From assembly GCA_963815115.1 (NCBI GenBank), contig CAWFFN010000005.1, forward strand, positions 992,001 to 1,056,000: a stretch of 64,000 nt of DNA, in the 5' to 3' direction. Positions 11,852 to 20,101 of this stretch are shown one piece after another. The notes beneath the pieces were generated by a model. It had not been told where the DNA came from. It made no database searches and saw nothing but the letters and a program-made list of their open reading frames with translations. The DNA comes from an uncultured delta proteobacterium (lineage in GTDB: Bacteria > Desulfobacterota > Binatia > DP-6). The position numbers were made by a program, and so were the translations under genes. How positions within the stretch are numbered: position 1 is the stretch's first letter; each line of letters starts with the position of its first letter.

Positions 11852-11959
11852 CGGCCACTCCGAAGTCGCACGAGTCCGGCTCTCGCCTCAAGTCCGGCGT
11901 GTCGAGCGGACCCATCGACCTGACTTGCGCGGAGCCCGGCCCCTTGCTACCCGACCTTC

Positions 11960-12160
11960 GTGGCAGTCGCGCGGGTGACGGAGATCATCGCCTCCTCCCC
12001 GGACGGGTTCCGGGAGGCGGTCGAGGAGGGCATCACGCGCGCCACGCGCACGCTGCGCAACATCACGGGACTCGAGATCACGGGCAAGCGCGTCAAGGTG
12101 GCGCGCGGACAGATCGTCGAGTACCGGGTGGACATGAAGATCGTGTTCCTACTCGAGTGA
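11960..12160 (+). CDS. Dodecin-family protein (copy 1)
   Basis: 66 aa, VARVTEIIASSPDGFREAVEEGITRATRTLRN...IVEYRVDMKIVFLLE. Confidence 0.85.
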   Translation: MAVARVTEIIASSPDGFREAVEEGITRATRTLRNITGLEITGKRVKVARGQIVEYRVDMKIVFLLE

Positions 12161-12184
12161 GCCGCCGGGTCGGAAGGGAGGACC

Positions 12185-12391
12185 ATGGCCGTCGCGCGCA
12201 TCACGCAGGTGATCGGGGCGTCTCCGCACAGCTGGGAGGATGCGGTGCGCAATGCGCTCGAGCGCGCCAACCGGACGCTGCGCGGCATCACCGGCATCGA
12301 GGTGCTCAAGGAGAATGCCGCCGTGGAGGACGGCAAGATCGCCGAGTACCGTGCCACGGTACAGGTCACCTTCGTTCTCGAGGGCACCTGA
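12185..12391 (+). CDS. Dodecin-family protein (copy 2)
   Basis: 68 aa, GASPHSWEDAVRNALERANRTLRG...IAEYRATVQVTFVLE; GGAGGA RBS. Confidence 0.87.
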   Translation: MAVARITQVIGASPHSWEDAVRNALERANRTLRGITGIEVLKENAAVEDGKIAEYRATVQVTFVLEGT

Positions 12392-12400
12392 GAGGGTCCC

Positions 12401-13855
12401 ATGGGCGACCGCATGACCGCGCTGGACGCGGCGTTCTACCATCTCGAGCGCACCGGCCAGCTGCTGCACGTCGGCGGCATCTACACCGTCGCCGGCGCGC
12501 TCGACTACGAGCGCACGCTGGCCGACCTCTCGGCTCGCATGCACCTCATCCCGCGCTACACGCAGCGCGTGGTGCCGGTGCCGCTGAACCTGGGCCATCC
12601 CACCTGGGAGCCCGCCCGCGGGTTCGACATTCGCCTGCACGTCGTCCGGCACGCGCTGCGGCGCCCGGGCGACGACGAGCAGCTCCGGAGCCTCGCGAGC
12701 CGGCTCTTCGCCGAGCCGCTGGTTCGCTCGCGGCCGCTGTGGGAGCTGCACCAGATCGACGGCTATCGCGGCGATCGCAGCGCCATCCTGGCCAAGGTGC
12801 ACCACTGCATGATCGACGGCGTGAGCGGCGTGCAGCTCCTCGGCGTGATGTTCGATCCTTCGCCCAGCCCGGCGCCGCCGCCGCCGGCGCCCGAGGCGAC
12901 CCCGGTACCACCGCTGCCGACGCGATCGGCGCAGGCCTGGCGCGCGCTGGCCGACGGTGCGGCAACCTCCGTCGAGGGCCTGCGCGGGCTCGGCGGGCTG
13001 CTCCGCCATCCCGCCGAGGGGTGGGAGGAGGTGCGCACGACCCTGACCGGGATCGGCGAGCTCGTGCGCCTCGCGCTCGCGCCGATCCCGCACACGCCCT
13101 TCAACGGCTTCGTCGGGACGCTGCGGCGGATCGAATGGGCCACCTTCGATCTCAACCAGGTGAAGGCGATCAAGAACCGGCTCGGCGGCACGGTGAACGA
13201 CGTCATCCTGGCCACGATCAGCGGGGCGCTGCGGCGCTACCTGGAAGGCCGCGGCGTGAATCCCGATCGTGTCGAGCTGCGCGCCATGTGCCCGGTGAAC
13301 CTGCGCACCGCCGCCGAGCACCTGAAGCTCGGCAACCGCGTCTCCGCCCTGATGGCGCCGCTGCCCGTCGGCATCTTCGATCCGCTGGAGCGCCTGCGCC
13401 AGGTGCGGGCCGCCATGGAGCAGCTCAAGCGCTCCGGCGAGTCGCTTCGCATGAGCCGGATGATGGACCTGCTCAGCTACGTCCCGGTGCCGTTGCAACA
13501 CCAGCTCGGCTGGGTGCAGAGCGCGCCGCCGGTCAACACCATCTGCACGAACGTCCCCGGGCCGCCGGTGTCGCTCTACTTCCAGGGTCGACGCCTCGAT
13601 ACGATGGTGCCGATCGTGCCCCTCGCCCAGGGTGTCGGACTCGCCTTCGCCATCCTGAGCTATGCCGACACCATCACCATCGGGGCGAATCTCGACCCCG
13701 GCCTGATCAGCGATGGCGAGCGCATCAGCGCCGCGCTGCGTGCCTGCCTCGACGAGCTGCGTGCGCTGGCGGGCGTCGAGCCGATCGCTCGCCGGGATCC
13801 GGTCCGTTCCGAACGGCAGCGCCGCGCCGACGCGGTCCCGAGCCAGGTGGCGTGA
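12401..13855 (+). CDS. Wax ester synthase/diacylglycerol acyltransferase (WS/DGAT)
   Basis: MTALDAAF, RPLWE, catalytic HHCMIDG, TVNDV, GNRVS, TNVPGP. Confidence 0.92.
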   Translation: MGDRMTALDAAFYHLERTGQLLHVGGIYTVAGALDYERTLADLSARMHLIPRYTQRVVPVPLNLGHPTWEPARGFDIRLHVVRHALRRPGDDEQLRSLASRLFAEPLVRSRPLWELHQIDGYRGDRSAILAKVHHCMIDGVSGVQLLGVMFDPSPSPAPPPPAPEATPVPPLPTRSAQAWRALADGAATSVEGLRGLGGLLRHPAEGWEEVRTTLTGIGELVRLALAPIPHTPFNGFVGTLRRIEWATFDLNQVKAIKNRLGGTVNDVILATISGALRRYLEGRGVNPDRVELRAMCPVNLRTAAEHLKLGNRVSALMAPLPVGIFDPLERLRQVRAAMEQLKRSGESLRMSRMMDLLSYVPVPLQHQLGWVQSAPPVNTICTNVPGPPVSLYFQGRRLDTMVPIVPLAQGVGLAFAILSYADTITIGANLDPGLISDGERISAALRACLDELRALAGVEPIARRDPVRSERQRRADAVPSQVA

Positions 13856-14631
13856 GCGAGTTCGACGTCGTCGCCTTCGCGGCCCTGGGCTGGGAGGCAC
13901 GCGCGGTGCTCGCCGGGCTGCGCGACGTCCGCCCGGCGGATGGGCCACGGCGCTGGTGCGGGGGGCTCCCCGACGGCGGGACCTGCCTGGTGGTGCAGAC
14001 CGGGATGGGATCGGCTCGGGCCGCGGCGGCGGCGCGTGCCGTCCCGTCGGCGGACGCCTTCCTGTCGCTCGGCTGTGGCGGCGGCCTGGTGCCGTGGCTG
14101 CGCACGGGCGACGTGGTCGTTGCCACCGAGGTGGTCCAGCTCGATGGGTGGTGTCGCCCCGAGGCACGGGCGGCGGCGGTCGTGCCGCGCATCGACCTGG
14201 GAGCGCACGAGGGTGCGGTGGCGTCGAGTCCCGGCGTGCTGCTGACCATCGCCGAGAAGACGGCAGCGGCCGGGTGCGGCGCGCTCCTGGTCGACATGGA
14301 GAGCTGGACGTTCGCCGACGAGGCGGAGCGTCGCGGGGTTCCCTTCGCCGCCGTGCGCGTGGTGCTCGACGGCGTCACCGACGAGCTGCCGGCGCTCTCC
14401 GACGCGATCGACGCCGCCACCGGCGACATCGATCTCTGGCGGGTGGCACGCGCCCTCGTGCCGAGGCCGTGGAGCTGGCCCGCGGTTCTGCACATCGCGC
14501 GCCAGCAATGGGAGGCCGAGCGGCGGCTGAAGGAAGCCGTCACGGTGCTGCTGAGCTGCCACCCTTCCAGGTGGAGCGCCGAGGACGCCGGGGGTCACCG
14601 CCATCCCGTGGTACGAGGCCGACCGGGGTGA
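13852..14631 (+). CDS. Nucleoside phosphorylase-fold protein (MTA/SAH nucleosidase or HpnG-like)
   Basis: GTG start overlapping upstream TGA; AALGWEA, QTGMG, SLGCGGGL..GDVVV, VDMES, AVRVVLD motifs. Confidence 0.7.
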   Translation: MSEFDVVAFAALGWEARAVLAGLRDVRPADGPRRWCGGLPDGGTCLVVQTGMGSARAAAAARAVPSADAFLSLGCGGGLVPWLRTGDVVVATEVVQLDGWCRPEARAAAVVPRIDLGAHEGAVASSPGVLLTIAEKTAAAGCGALLVDMESWTFADEAERRGVPFAAVRVVLDGVTDELPALSDAIDAATGDIDLWRVARALVPRPWSWPAVLHIARQQWEAERRLKEAVTVLLSCHPSRWSAEDAGGHRHPVVRGRPG

Positions 14632-14674
14632 AGGCGCTGCACCCGCGCGGCACGAGCCTCGGCAGGAGGACCCC

Positions 14675-15240
14675 ATGGCCGACGACGACGGACACATGCA
14701 CTTCCGGCGCATGGACCAGGGCACCGACGCGGACTTCGCCGTGCTGGCACGGGTGCACGGGACCAACATCCGCAAGCTACCTGATCTGCTCATGGGACTG
14801 CTGACGAATCTGCGAGCCGACGAAGCCTTTCCGGTGGATAGGCTGCAGCACAGCCTGCAGGCTGCCACGCGCGCGCTGCGCGACAAACGGGACGAGGAAT
14901 ACGTCGTCTGCGCGCTCCTGCACGACATCGGCGAGTCACTCGGGCCGTTCAATCACGGCGAGGTCGTGGCGGCGGTCCTCAAGCCCTTCGTCTCCGAGGC
15001 GAACCACTGGATGCTCGAGCACCATCCGGTCTTCCAGGTGTACTTCTACGGCAGCCATCTCGGGGTCGATCCCAACGCGCGCGAGCGCTATCGAGACGAC
15101 CCGCACTTCGAACGCGCAGCCGAGTTCTGCGCGCTCTACGACGAGATCCGTTCGACCCCGCCTATCGGTCCGAGCCGATGTCGACGTTCGAGCCGATGGT
15201 GCGCCGTGTGCTGCACCGCGACTGGACGCCCCCGCAGTAG
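14675..15240 (+). CDS. HD-domain phosphohydrolase, with a one-base frameshift near 15149
   Basis: HSLQAATRA..DEEYVVCALLHDIG..NH; after YDEI the shifted frame gives FDPAYRSEPMSTFEPMVRRVL...TAG 15240, the expected family C-terminus. Confidence 0.8.
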
Positions 15241-15290
15241 GTGATCATCGTCCCCGGGATCCTCGTCGCCATCGAGGCGAGTCGGCGCGC

Positions 15291-15659
15291 CTAGGCGTGC
15301 GGCCCTCTCGGGGCCACGAGTGCGACCACGATGCCCGCCACGAGCATGGTGAAGGCGAAGAGGTGGAACTCGGCGTGCATCCACCACTCGGCGGCGAACA
15401 CGGCGGCTCCCGCGGCCGCGAGCGTGAGGGCCAGCGCGACGACGGGGAGCCGGAGCACGCCGAGCGTCGCCGCGGCGAGCGCGATGCCCGCCGCCACGAG
15501 ACCGAGACCGGCCGCGTGCCAGCCGGCCAGTCCGCCGAAGAACTTCGGACCGTACGGGTAGAGCCGCACGCCGACGACCTCGTGGACGACGCCGATGTAG
15601 GCGAGGAGAGTCGAGCCCGCGAAGGCGAGCGCCTGGCGGCGGGAAACCATGACGCTCAT
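15291..15659 (-). CDS. Hypothetical 4-TM membrane protein
   Basis: Hydrophobic helices containing His residues (GVVHEV, GWHAAG, EFHLF); downstream of the regulator on the same strand. Confidence 0.6.
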   Translation of the reverse strand: MSVMVSRRQALAFAGSTLLAYIGVVHEVVGVRLYPYGPKFFGGLAGWHAAGLGLVAAGIALAAATLGVLRLPVVALALTLAAAGAAVFAAEWWMHAEFHLFAFTMLVAGIVVALVAPRGPHA

Positions 15660-15699
15660 CGCCGTGCTGGCACCGTTGCGAGCAGGCGCCCGACCATGA

Positions 15700-16239
15700 C
15701 TAGGCCCTCCGCCCGGCGCGGGCGACCGGCATCGGCAGCACGTTCTGCAGGGTCGCGGGGCTGAACGGCTGCCCCTGGTTGATGGCGCTGATGGCGGCGT
15801 CGAGCACGGAGAAGAAGGTGAGCAGGGTGTCGAGCCGCGCGCCGAGGAAGGTACGCCCGGCCTTGCTGCCACCGGAGGCGGCGCCGAGCGCGCGTTTGGT
15901 CTCGGTCGCCGTGGCCATCACCTGGCGAACGTTCCAGCGGAAGCGGCGCTCCATGACCTCCTGCATCACGCGCCAGAGATTGCTCGCAGCCTCGTAGTGA
16001 TCCTTGCGCGAGCCGGGGACCCGGACCCGACGGACGAGGTGCCAGTCGACGAGCCCGCGGATGTTGACGGAGATGTTGCTCTTGCTCTGCCCGAGCGCGC
16101 TGGCGATCTCCTCGAGAGCCAGGGGTTCCTCGTGAAGATAGAGGAGGGCGAAGATCCTCCCCTCGAGCTGGGTGAGGATGCCCGAGGTGGCGGCTGCCGC
16201 CCCCATGCCGTCGACGAAGATCGCAACCGCGTGCTCCAT
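15700..16239 (-). CDS. GbsR/MarR-family transcriptional regulator
   Basis: GRIFALLYL..EPLALEEIASALGQSKSNISVNIRGLVDWHLV...GSRKDHYEA. Confidence 0.85.
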   Translation of the reverse strand: MEHAVAIFVDGMGAAAATSGILTQLEGRIFALLYLHEEPLALEEIASALGQSKSNISVNIRGLVDWHLVRRVRVPGSRKDHYEAASNLWRVMQEVMERRFRWNVRQVMATATETKRALGAASGGSKAGRTFLGARLDTLLTFFSVLDAAISAINQGQPFSPATLQNVLPMPVARAGRRA

Positions 16240-16254
16240 GACCAACCGTTGCGA

Positions 16255-16276
16255 ACGTTTAGATACTTCTGAACGT
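16255..16276. promoter_or_regulatory. Candidate operator (imperfect palindrome) in the divergent GbsR/kinase intergenic region
   Basis: ACGTTTAGA-TACT-TCTGAACGT (8/9 arm match) in an AT-rich patch beside minus-strand TTGAC boxes. Confidence 0.55.
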
Positions 16277-16364
16277 CAAGTCAATCTCGGGCGCCCGGCA
16301 GCCGCACGGCGGACCCGCGCCGGCCTTTGCACGTGGGGGCGCACCCGGGTACGACGCGGGACGG

Positions 16365-19151
16365 ATGAGAGAGCGTGCGCTGCTGGCGCTGTCGTCGCGG
16401 CAGACGCAGTGGGTCGGTCTCGAAGCCGTCGCGATCGCGGCCGACCTCGGCGACGAGCTGCTGCGCGAACTCGCGCTCGAGGTCGTGACCATCACGCTGG
16501 CGGCGCCGGACGTCCAGGTCACGCGCGGCCAGATCCGGGACGCCACGAACTCACCGGTCGAGTACCGCGTCTCGCTGGGCCGCGACGGCCAGCTCGGTAC
16601 GCTCGCAGCCGCGGCGTGCCGCGCGAGCTTCCCGGACGCGGAGGAGCGGCTGGTGCTGGAGGTCGCCGCCCGCCAGCTGGCGGCCGCTCTCCTGTTCGCG
16701 CGCGAGGCGAGCCAGCGGCAGCAGGCCGAGCGCCGGCTCGCGACCCAGGACGCCGTCACCCGCGCGCTGGCCGAGTCGCGTACCCTGCGCGAGGCGGCGC
16801 CGCGCATCCTCGAGGCCGTGTGCGAGCACCTGGGCTGGGAGCTCGGCGGTCTGTGGCAGATGGACCACCAGGGCGGCGAGCTCCGCTGTGCCGACGTGTG
16901 GCGCCGGCCGTCACTCCGCGTGACCGCCTTCGAGGAGATGAGCCGGCGGCTCACCTTCCGCTCGGGCGTCGGTCTCCCGGGACGCGTCTGGTTCGCCCGG
17001 GGCCCCGCGTGGATACCCGACGTCGCCATCGATTCCAATTTCCCGCGTGCACTTGCCGCGCGGGAGGGCGGCCTGCACGGCGCGCTGGGCTTCCCGATTC
17101 TGCTCAACGGCGAGGTGCTCGGTGTGCTCGAATTCTTCAGCCGCGAGATCCGCCAGCCGGACGAGGACCTGCTCGAGATGCTGACCGCGATCGGCAGCCA
17201 GATCGGGCAATTCCTGGAGCGCACGCGGGCCGAGGAGGCGTCGATCGCGAGCGAGCAGCGCTTCTCGCGCTTTGCCCACCATCTGCCCGGCCTGGTCTGG
17301 ATCAAGGACCTGGAAGGGCGCTATCGCTATGCCAACGACGCCGCGCTGCTGGCCTTTCGCACCACGCGCGAGGCGCTCTACGGCTGCCGAGACGGCGACA
17401 TCTTCCCGCCCGAAACCGCCGCGCAGTTCCGGGAGAACGACGAGCTGGCGCTCGCCGGCGGAACGGGCGTGCAGACCATCGAACGGCTCGAGCACGACGA
17501 CGGCCTCGTCCATCACTCGATCGTGGCGAAGTTTCCGATCAAGAGCGGGGCCGGCGCGCCGATGCTCGTCGGCGGCATCGCCATCGACGTCACCGATCGG
17601 CTGCGCGCCGAGGAGGCGCTGCGCCGGAGCCAGGAACGGCTCGAGCTGGCCCAGCGCGCGGGGCGCATCGGGACGTTCGAATGGACCATCCCGACCGGCG
17701 AGGTGACGTGGACCGAAGCCGAGGAGGCGCTCTACGGACTCACCCCCGGCGCCTTCGGCGGCCGCTACGAGAACTGGCTGCAGGCGGTGCATCCGGACGA
17801 CCGGAACCGGGCCCAGGGTGACGTGACCCGGGCCGTCGAGGAGCGTGCGCCGTTCGACACCGAGTTCCGCGTCATCTGGCCGGACGGCACCATCCGCCGG
17901 ATCGCCGCGAAGGGAACGGTCTTCTACGACGACGCGGGGCAGCCGCTCCGGATGCTCGGCATCAACATGGACGTGACCGAGCGCAAGGAAGCGGAGGAGG
18001 CGTTGCGGGAAGCCGATCGCCGCAAGGACGAGTTCCTCGCGATGCTGGCGCACGAGCTTCGCAACCCGCTCGCGCCCATTCGCGCCGGCCTTCACCTGCT
18101 CGGCGTCGTCGAGCAGGACGATCCCCGGTCCGCGCGGGTGCGCGAGATGCTCGACCGCCAGGTGCAGCACCTGGTCCGCCTCGTGGACGATCTGCTCGAG
18201 CTCTCCCGCATCTCCCGGGGCGACATCGAGCTGCGCCGCGAGCCCGTCGGGCTCGAGTCGGCGATCGCCGGCGCGATCGAGACCAGCCGTCCGCTGATCG
18301 ACGAGCGCGGCCACCGCCTCGTGGTCACGCTGCCCTCCGAGCCGCTGGTGCTGGACGCGGACCCGGTACGCCTTTCGCAGATCGTGGCGAACCTGCTGAA
18401 CAACGCTGCCCGCTACACCGATCCCGGCGGCCACATCACGCTCTCCGCCGAACGGCACGACGACGGGGTCTCCATCCACGTCGCCGACGACGGCGTCGGC
18501 ATCCCGCCGGAGATGCGATCGCGGGTCTTCGAACCCTTCACCCGGGTCGATCGTTCGTCGTCGCGTTCGCACAGCGGCCTCGGCATCGGTCTCGCGCTGG
18601 TGAAGACCCTGGTCGGGATGCACGGAGGGAGCGTGTCGGTGTACAGCGCCGGTTCGGGGAAGGGCAGCGAGTTCACCGTCCGGCTGCCGCTGGCGCGATC
18701 GGATGGAGCCGTCGGAGCGGCGCGCGACGGCGAGCCGCCCCGCGCGAGTGCCGGCCGCCGCATCCTCGTGGTCGACGACAACCGGGATGCCGCCGAGACC
18801 CTCGCCCTGCTGCTCGAGACCATGGGGCACGAGGTACGCGTCGCTCATGCCGGCGAGGACTGCCTCGTCGTGATGCGCGCATTCGCGCCGGTGGTCGTCC
18901 TGCTCGACATCGGCATGCCCGACATGGACGGCTACGAGGTCGCGCGGCGGATCCGCGACGAGGAAGGCTCCGGGCGTGCCGTCCTGGTCGCGATCACCGG
19001 CTGGGGGCAGGATGACGATCGCCGGCGGGCCAGGGAAGCGGGCTTCGACCATCATCTGACCAAGCCCGTCGATCCCGCCCAGTTGCAGAGGCTGCTGGCG
19101 GCCGGGGAGCCGACGGACTTCCGCGACGCGGAGCGCCCCGTCTCGCGCTGA
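16365..19151 (+). CDS. Hybrid sensor histidine kinase (GAF-PAS-PAS-HisKA-HATPase-REC)
   Basis: GLPGRVW GAF, PAS motifs (WIKDLEGRY, VHPDDR), LAHELRNPL, NLLNNAARY, GLGIGL, VVDDN/LDIGMP/TKP receiver. Confidence 0.93.
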   Translation: MRERALLALSSRQTQWVGLEAVAIAADLGDELLRELALEVVTITLAAPDVQVTRGQIRDATNSPVEYRVSLGRDGQLGTLAAAACRASFPDAEERLVLEVAARQLAAALLFAREASQRQQAERRLATQDAVTRALAESRTLREAAPRILEAVCEHLGWELGGLWQMDHQGGELRCADVWRRPSLRVTAFEEMSRRLTFRSGVGLPGRVWFARGPAWIPDVAIDSNFPRALAAREGGLHGALGFPILLNGEVLGVLEFFSREIRQPDEDLLEMLTAIGSQIGQFLERTRAEEASIASEQRFSRFAHHLPGLVWIKDLEGRYRYANDAALLAFRTTREALYGCRDGDIFPPETAAQFRENDELALAGGTGVQTIERLEHDDGLVHHSIVAKFPIKSGAGAPMLVGGIAIDVTDRLRAEEALRRSQERLELAQRAGRIGTFEWTIPTGEVTWTEAEEALYGLTPGAFGGRYENWLQAVHPDDRNRAQGDVTRAVEERAPFDTEFRVIWPDGTIRRIAAKGTVFYDDAGQPLRMLGINMDVTERKEAEEALREADRRKDEFLAMLAHELRNPLAPIRAGLHLLGVVEQDDPRSARVREMLDRQVQHLVRLVDDLLELSRISRGDIELRREPVGLESAIAGAIETSRPLIDERGHRLVVTLPSEPLVLDADPVRLSQIVANLLNNAARYTDPGGHITLSAERHDDGVSIHVADDGVGIPPEMRSRVFEPFTRVDRSSSRSHSGLGIGLALVKTLVGMHGGSVSVYSAGSGKGSEFTVRLPLARSDGAVGAARDGEPPRASAGRRILVVDDNRDAAETLALLLETMGHEVRVAHAGEDCLVVMRAFAPVVVLLDIGMPDMDGYEVARRIRDEEGSGRAVLVAITGWGQDDDRRRAREAGFDHHLTKPVDPAQLQRLLAAGEPTDFRDAERPVSR

Positions 19152-19160
19152 CGCGCGGGC

Positions 19161-19937
19161 TCAGGTCGCGCCCTGCCGCCGGAACGGCAGCACCAGCGCG
19201 CGTTGCAGGGGGACCGTCTCGAGGCCGGGCAGGCCGGTCTGGATCTCGGCCGCCGAGTCGCTGTGGAGATAGGTTCCGAACAGCCGATCCCACGCGGAGA
19301 AGACGGTCCCGAAGTTCGAGTTGCGGGCCGGCCCGACCCGGGCGTGATGCCGGCGGTGCAGCGCCGGCGTCACCAGCAGTCGCCCGAGCATCCGTTCGAC
19401 GCCACGGGGCGCGTCGATGTCGCCATGCTCGATGAGGTTGGCGAAGCCGAAGACGACCTCGAAGAGCAGCACCGCCTGGGCCGAGGCGCCGACGAGGGCG
19501 ACCGCGGCGACCCGCACCGGAAGGGAGAGGAGAAGCTCGCCGGGATGGAAGCGTACCCCCGTGGAGACGGTGAAGGTCGGGTCGGAGTGGTGCACCTGGT
19601 GAAACAGCCAGAGCAGCGGTACGCGATGATTCGCCATGTGCCAGCCGTAGGAGACGAGATCGAGGAGCAGGAGCGAAGCGGGGATCGTTGCCCAGACGGG
19701 TAGCGCGACCCCGTTCAGGAGACCGAACCCCGCTCCCTTCGCCCAGCGGGCCGCGGTGAAGCTGCATGCCCCGCACACCATGCCGACCACGACCAGGGCG
19801 AGGAGCCACACCGCTCCGTTGACCTGCCAGCTTCCGCGCACGCGGGCATGCGGCGAGACGCGTTGCAGCAGGGCCGCCACCAGCATGGCCACGACGAACG
19901 CCGCGCCGCGCACCGCCTGGAGCTGCCCGTCCGACAC
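19161..19937 (-). CDS. Sterol desaturase/fatty acid hydroxylase family protein
   Basis: His boxes YGWHMANH, FHQVHHSD, RFHPGE, HRRHH, NSNFG..WDRLFGT; start estimated at GTG 19937. Confidence 0.85.
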   Translation of the reverse strand: MSDGQLQAVRGAAFVVAMLVAALLQRVSPHARVRGSWQVNGAVWLLALVVVGMVCGACSFTAARWAKGAGFGLLNGVALPVWATIPASLLLLDLVSYGWHMANHRVPLLWLFHQVHHSDPTFTVSTGVRFHPGELLLSLPVRVAAVALVGASAQAVLLFEVVFGFANLIEHGDIDAPRGVERMLGRLLVTPALHRRHHARVGPARNSNFGTVFSAWDRLFGTYLHSDSAAEIQTGLPGLETVPLQRALVLPFRRQGAT

Positions 19938-20101
19938 CGGGGCGAACGTAGCGTGCGGCGAGCGACCGTGCCAGCCGATCCCGTCACCGTTCCGGCTCGC
20001 GCACGGGGAAGGCGTGCCGGTGCATTTTCTGGCTTGTCTTCCATCGATGGCTGCTACAGAGTCGCAGCCATTCAACGTCCTTCGGTGGAGGGAGGCTTCC
20101 G

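Noticed and set aside
7054-11923. Very long plus-strand ORFs (876 aa, 836 aa) and similar ORFs elsewhere (23327-26317, 26368-29013, 16911-19055)
   Set aside because: Antisense or off-frame shadows of real genes, expected at this GC content; Arg/Ala/Gly-rich with no motifs.
11899-14631. 910-aa ORF as a giant fusion protein
   Set aside because: Only the last 259 codons (from GTG 13852) are protein-like; the rest overlaps the dodecin and WS/DGAT genes out of frame.
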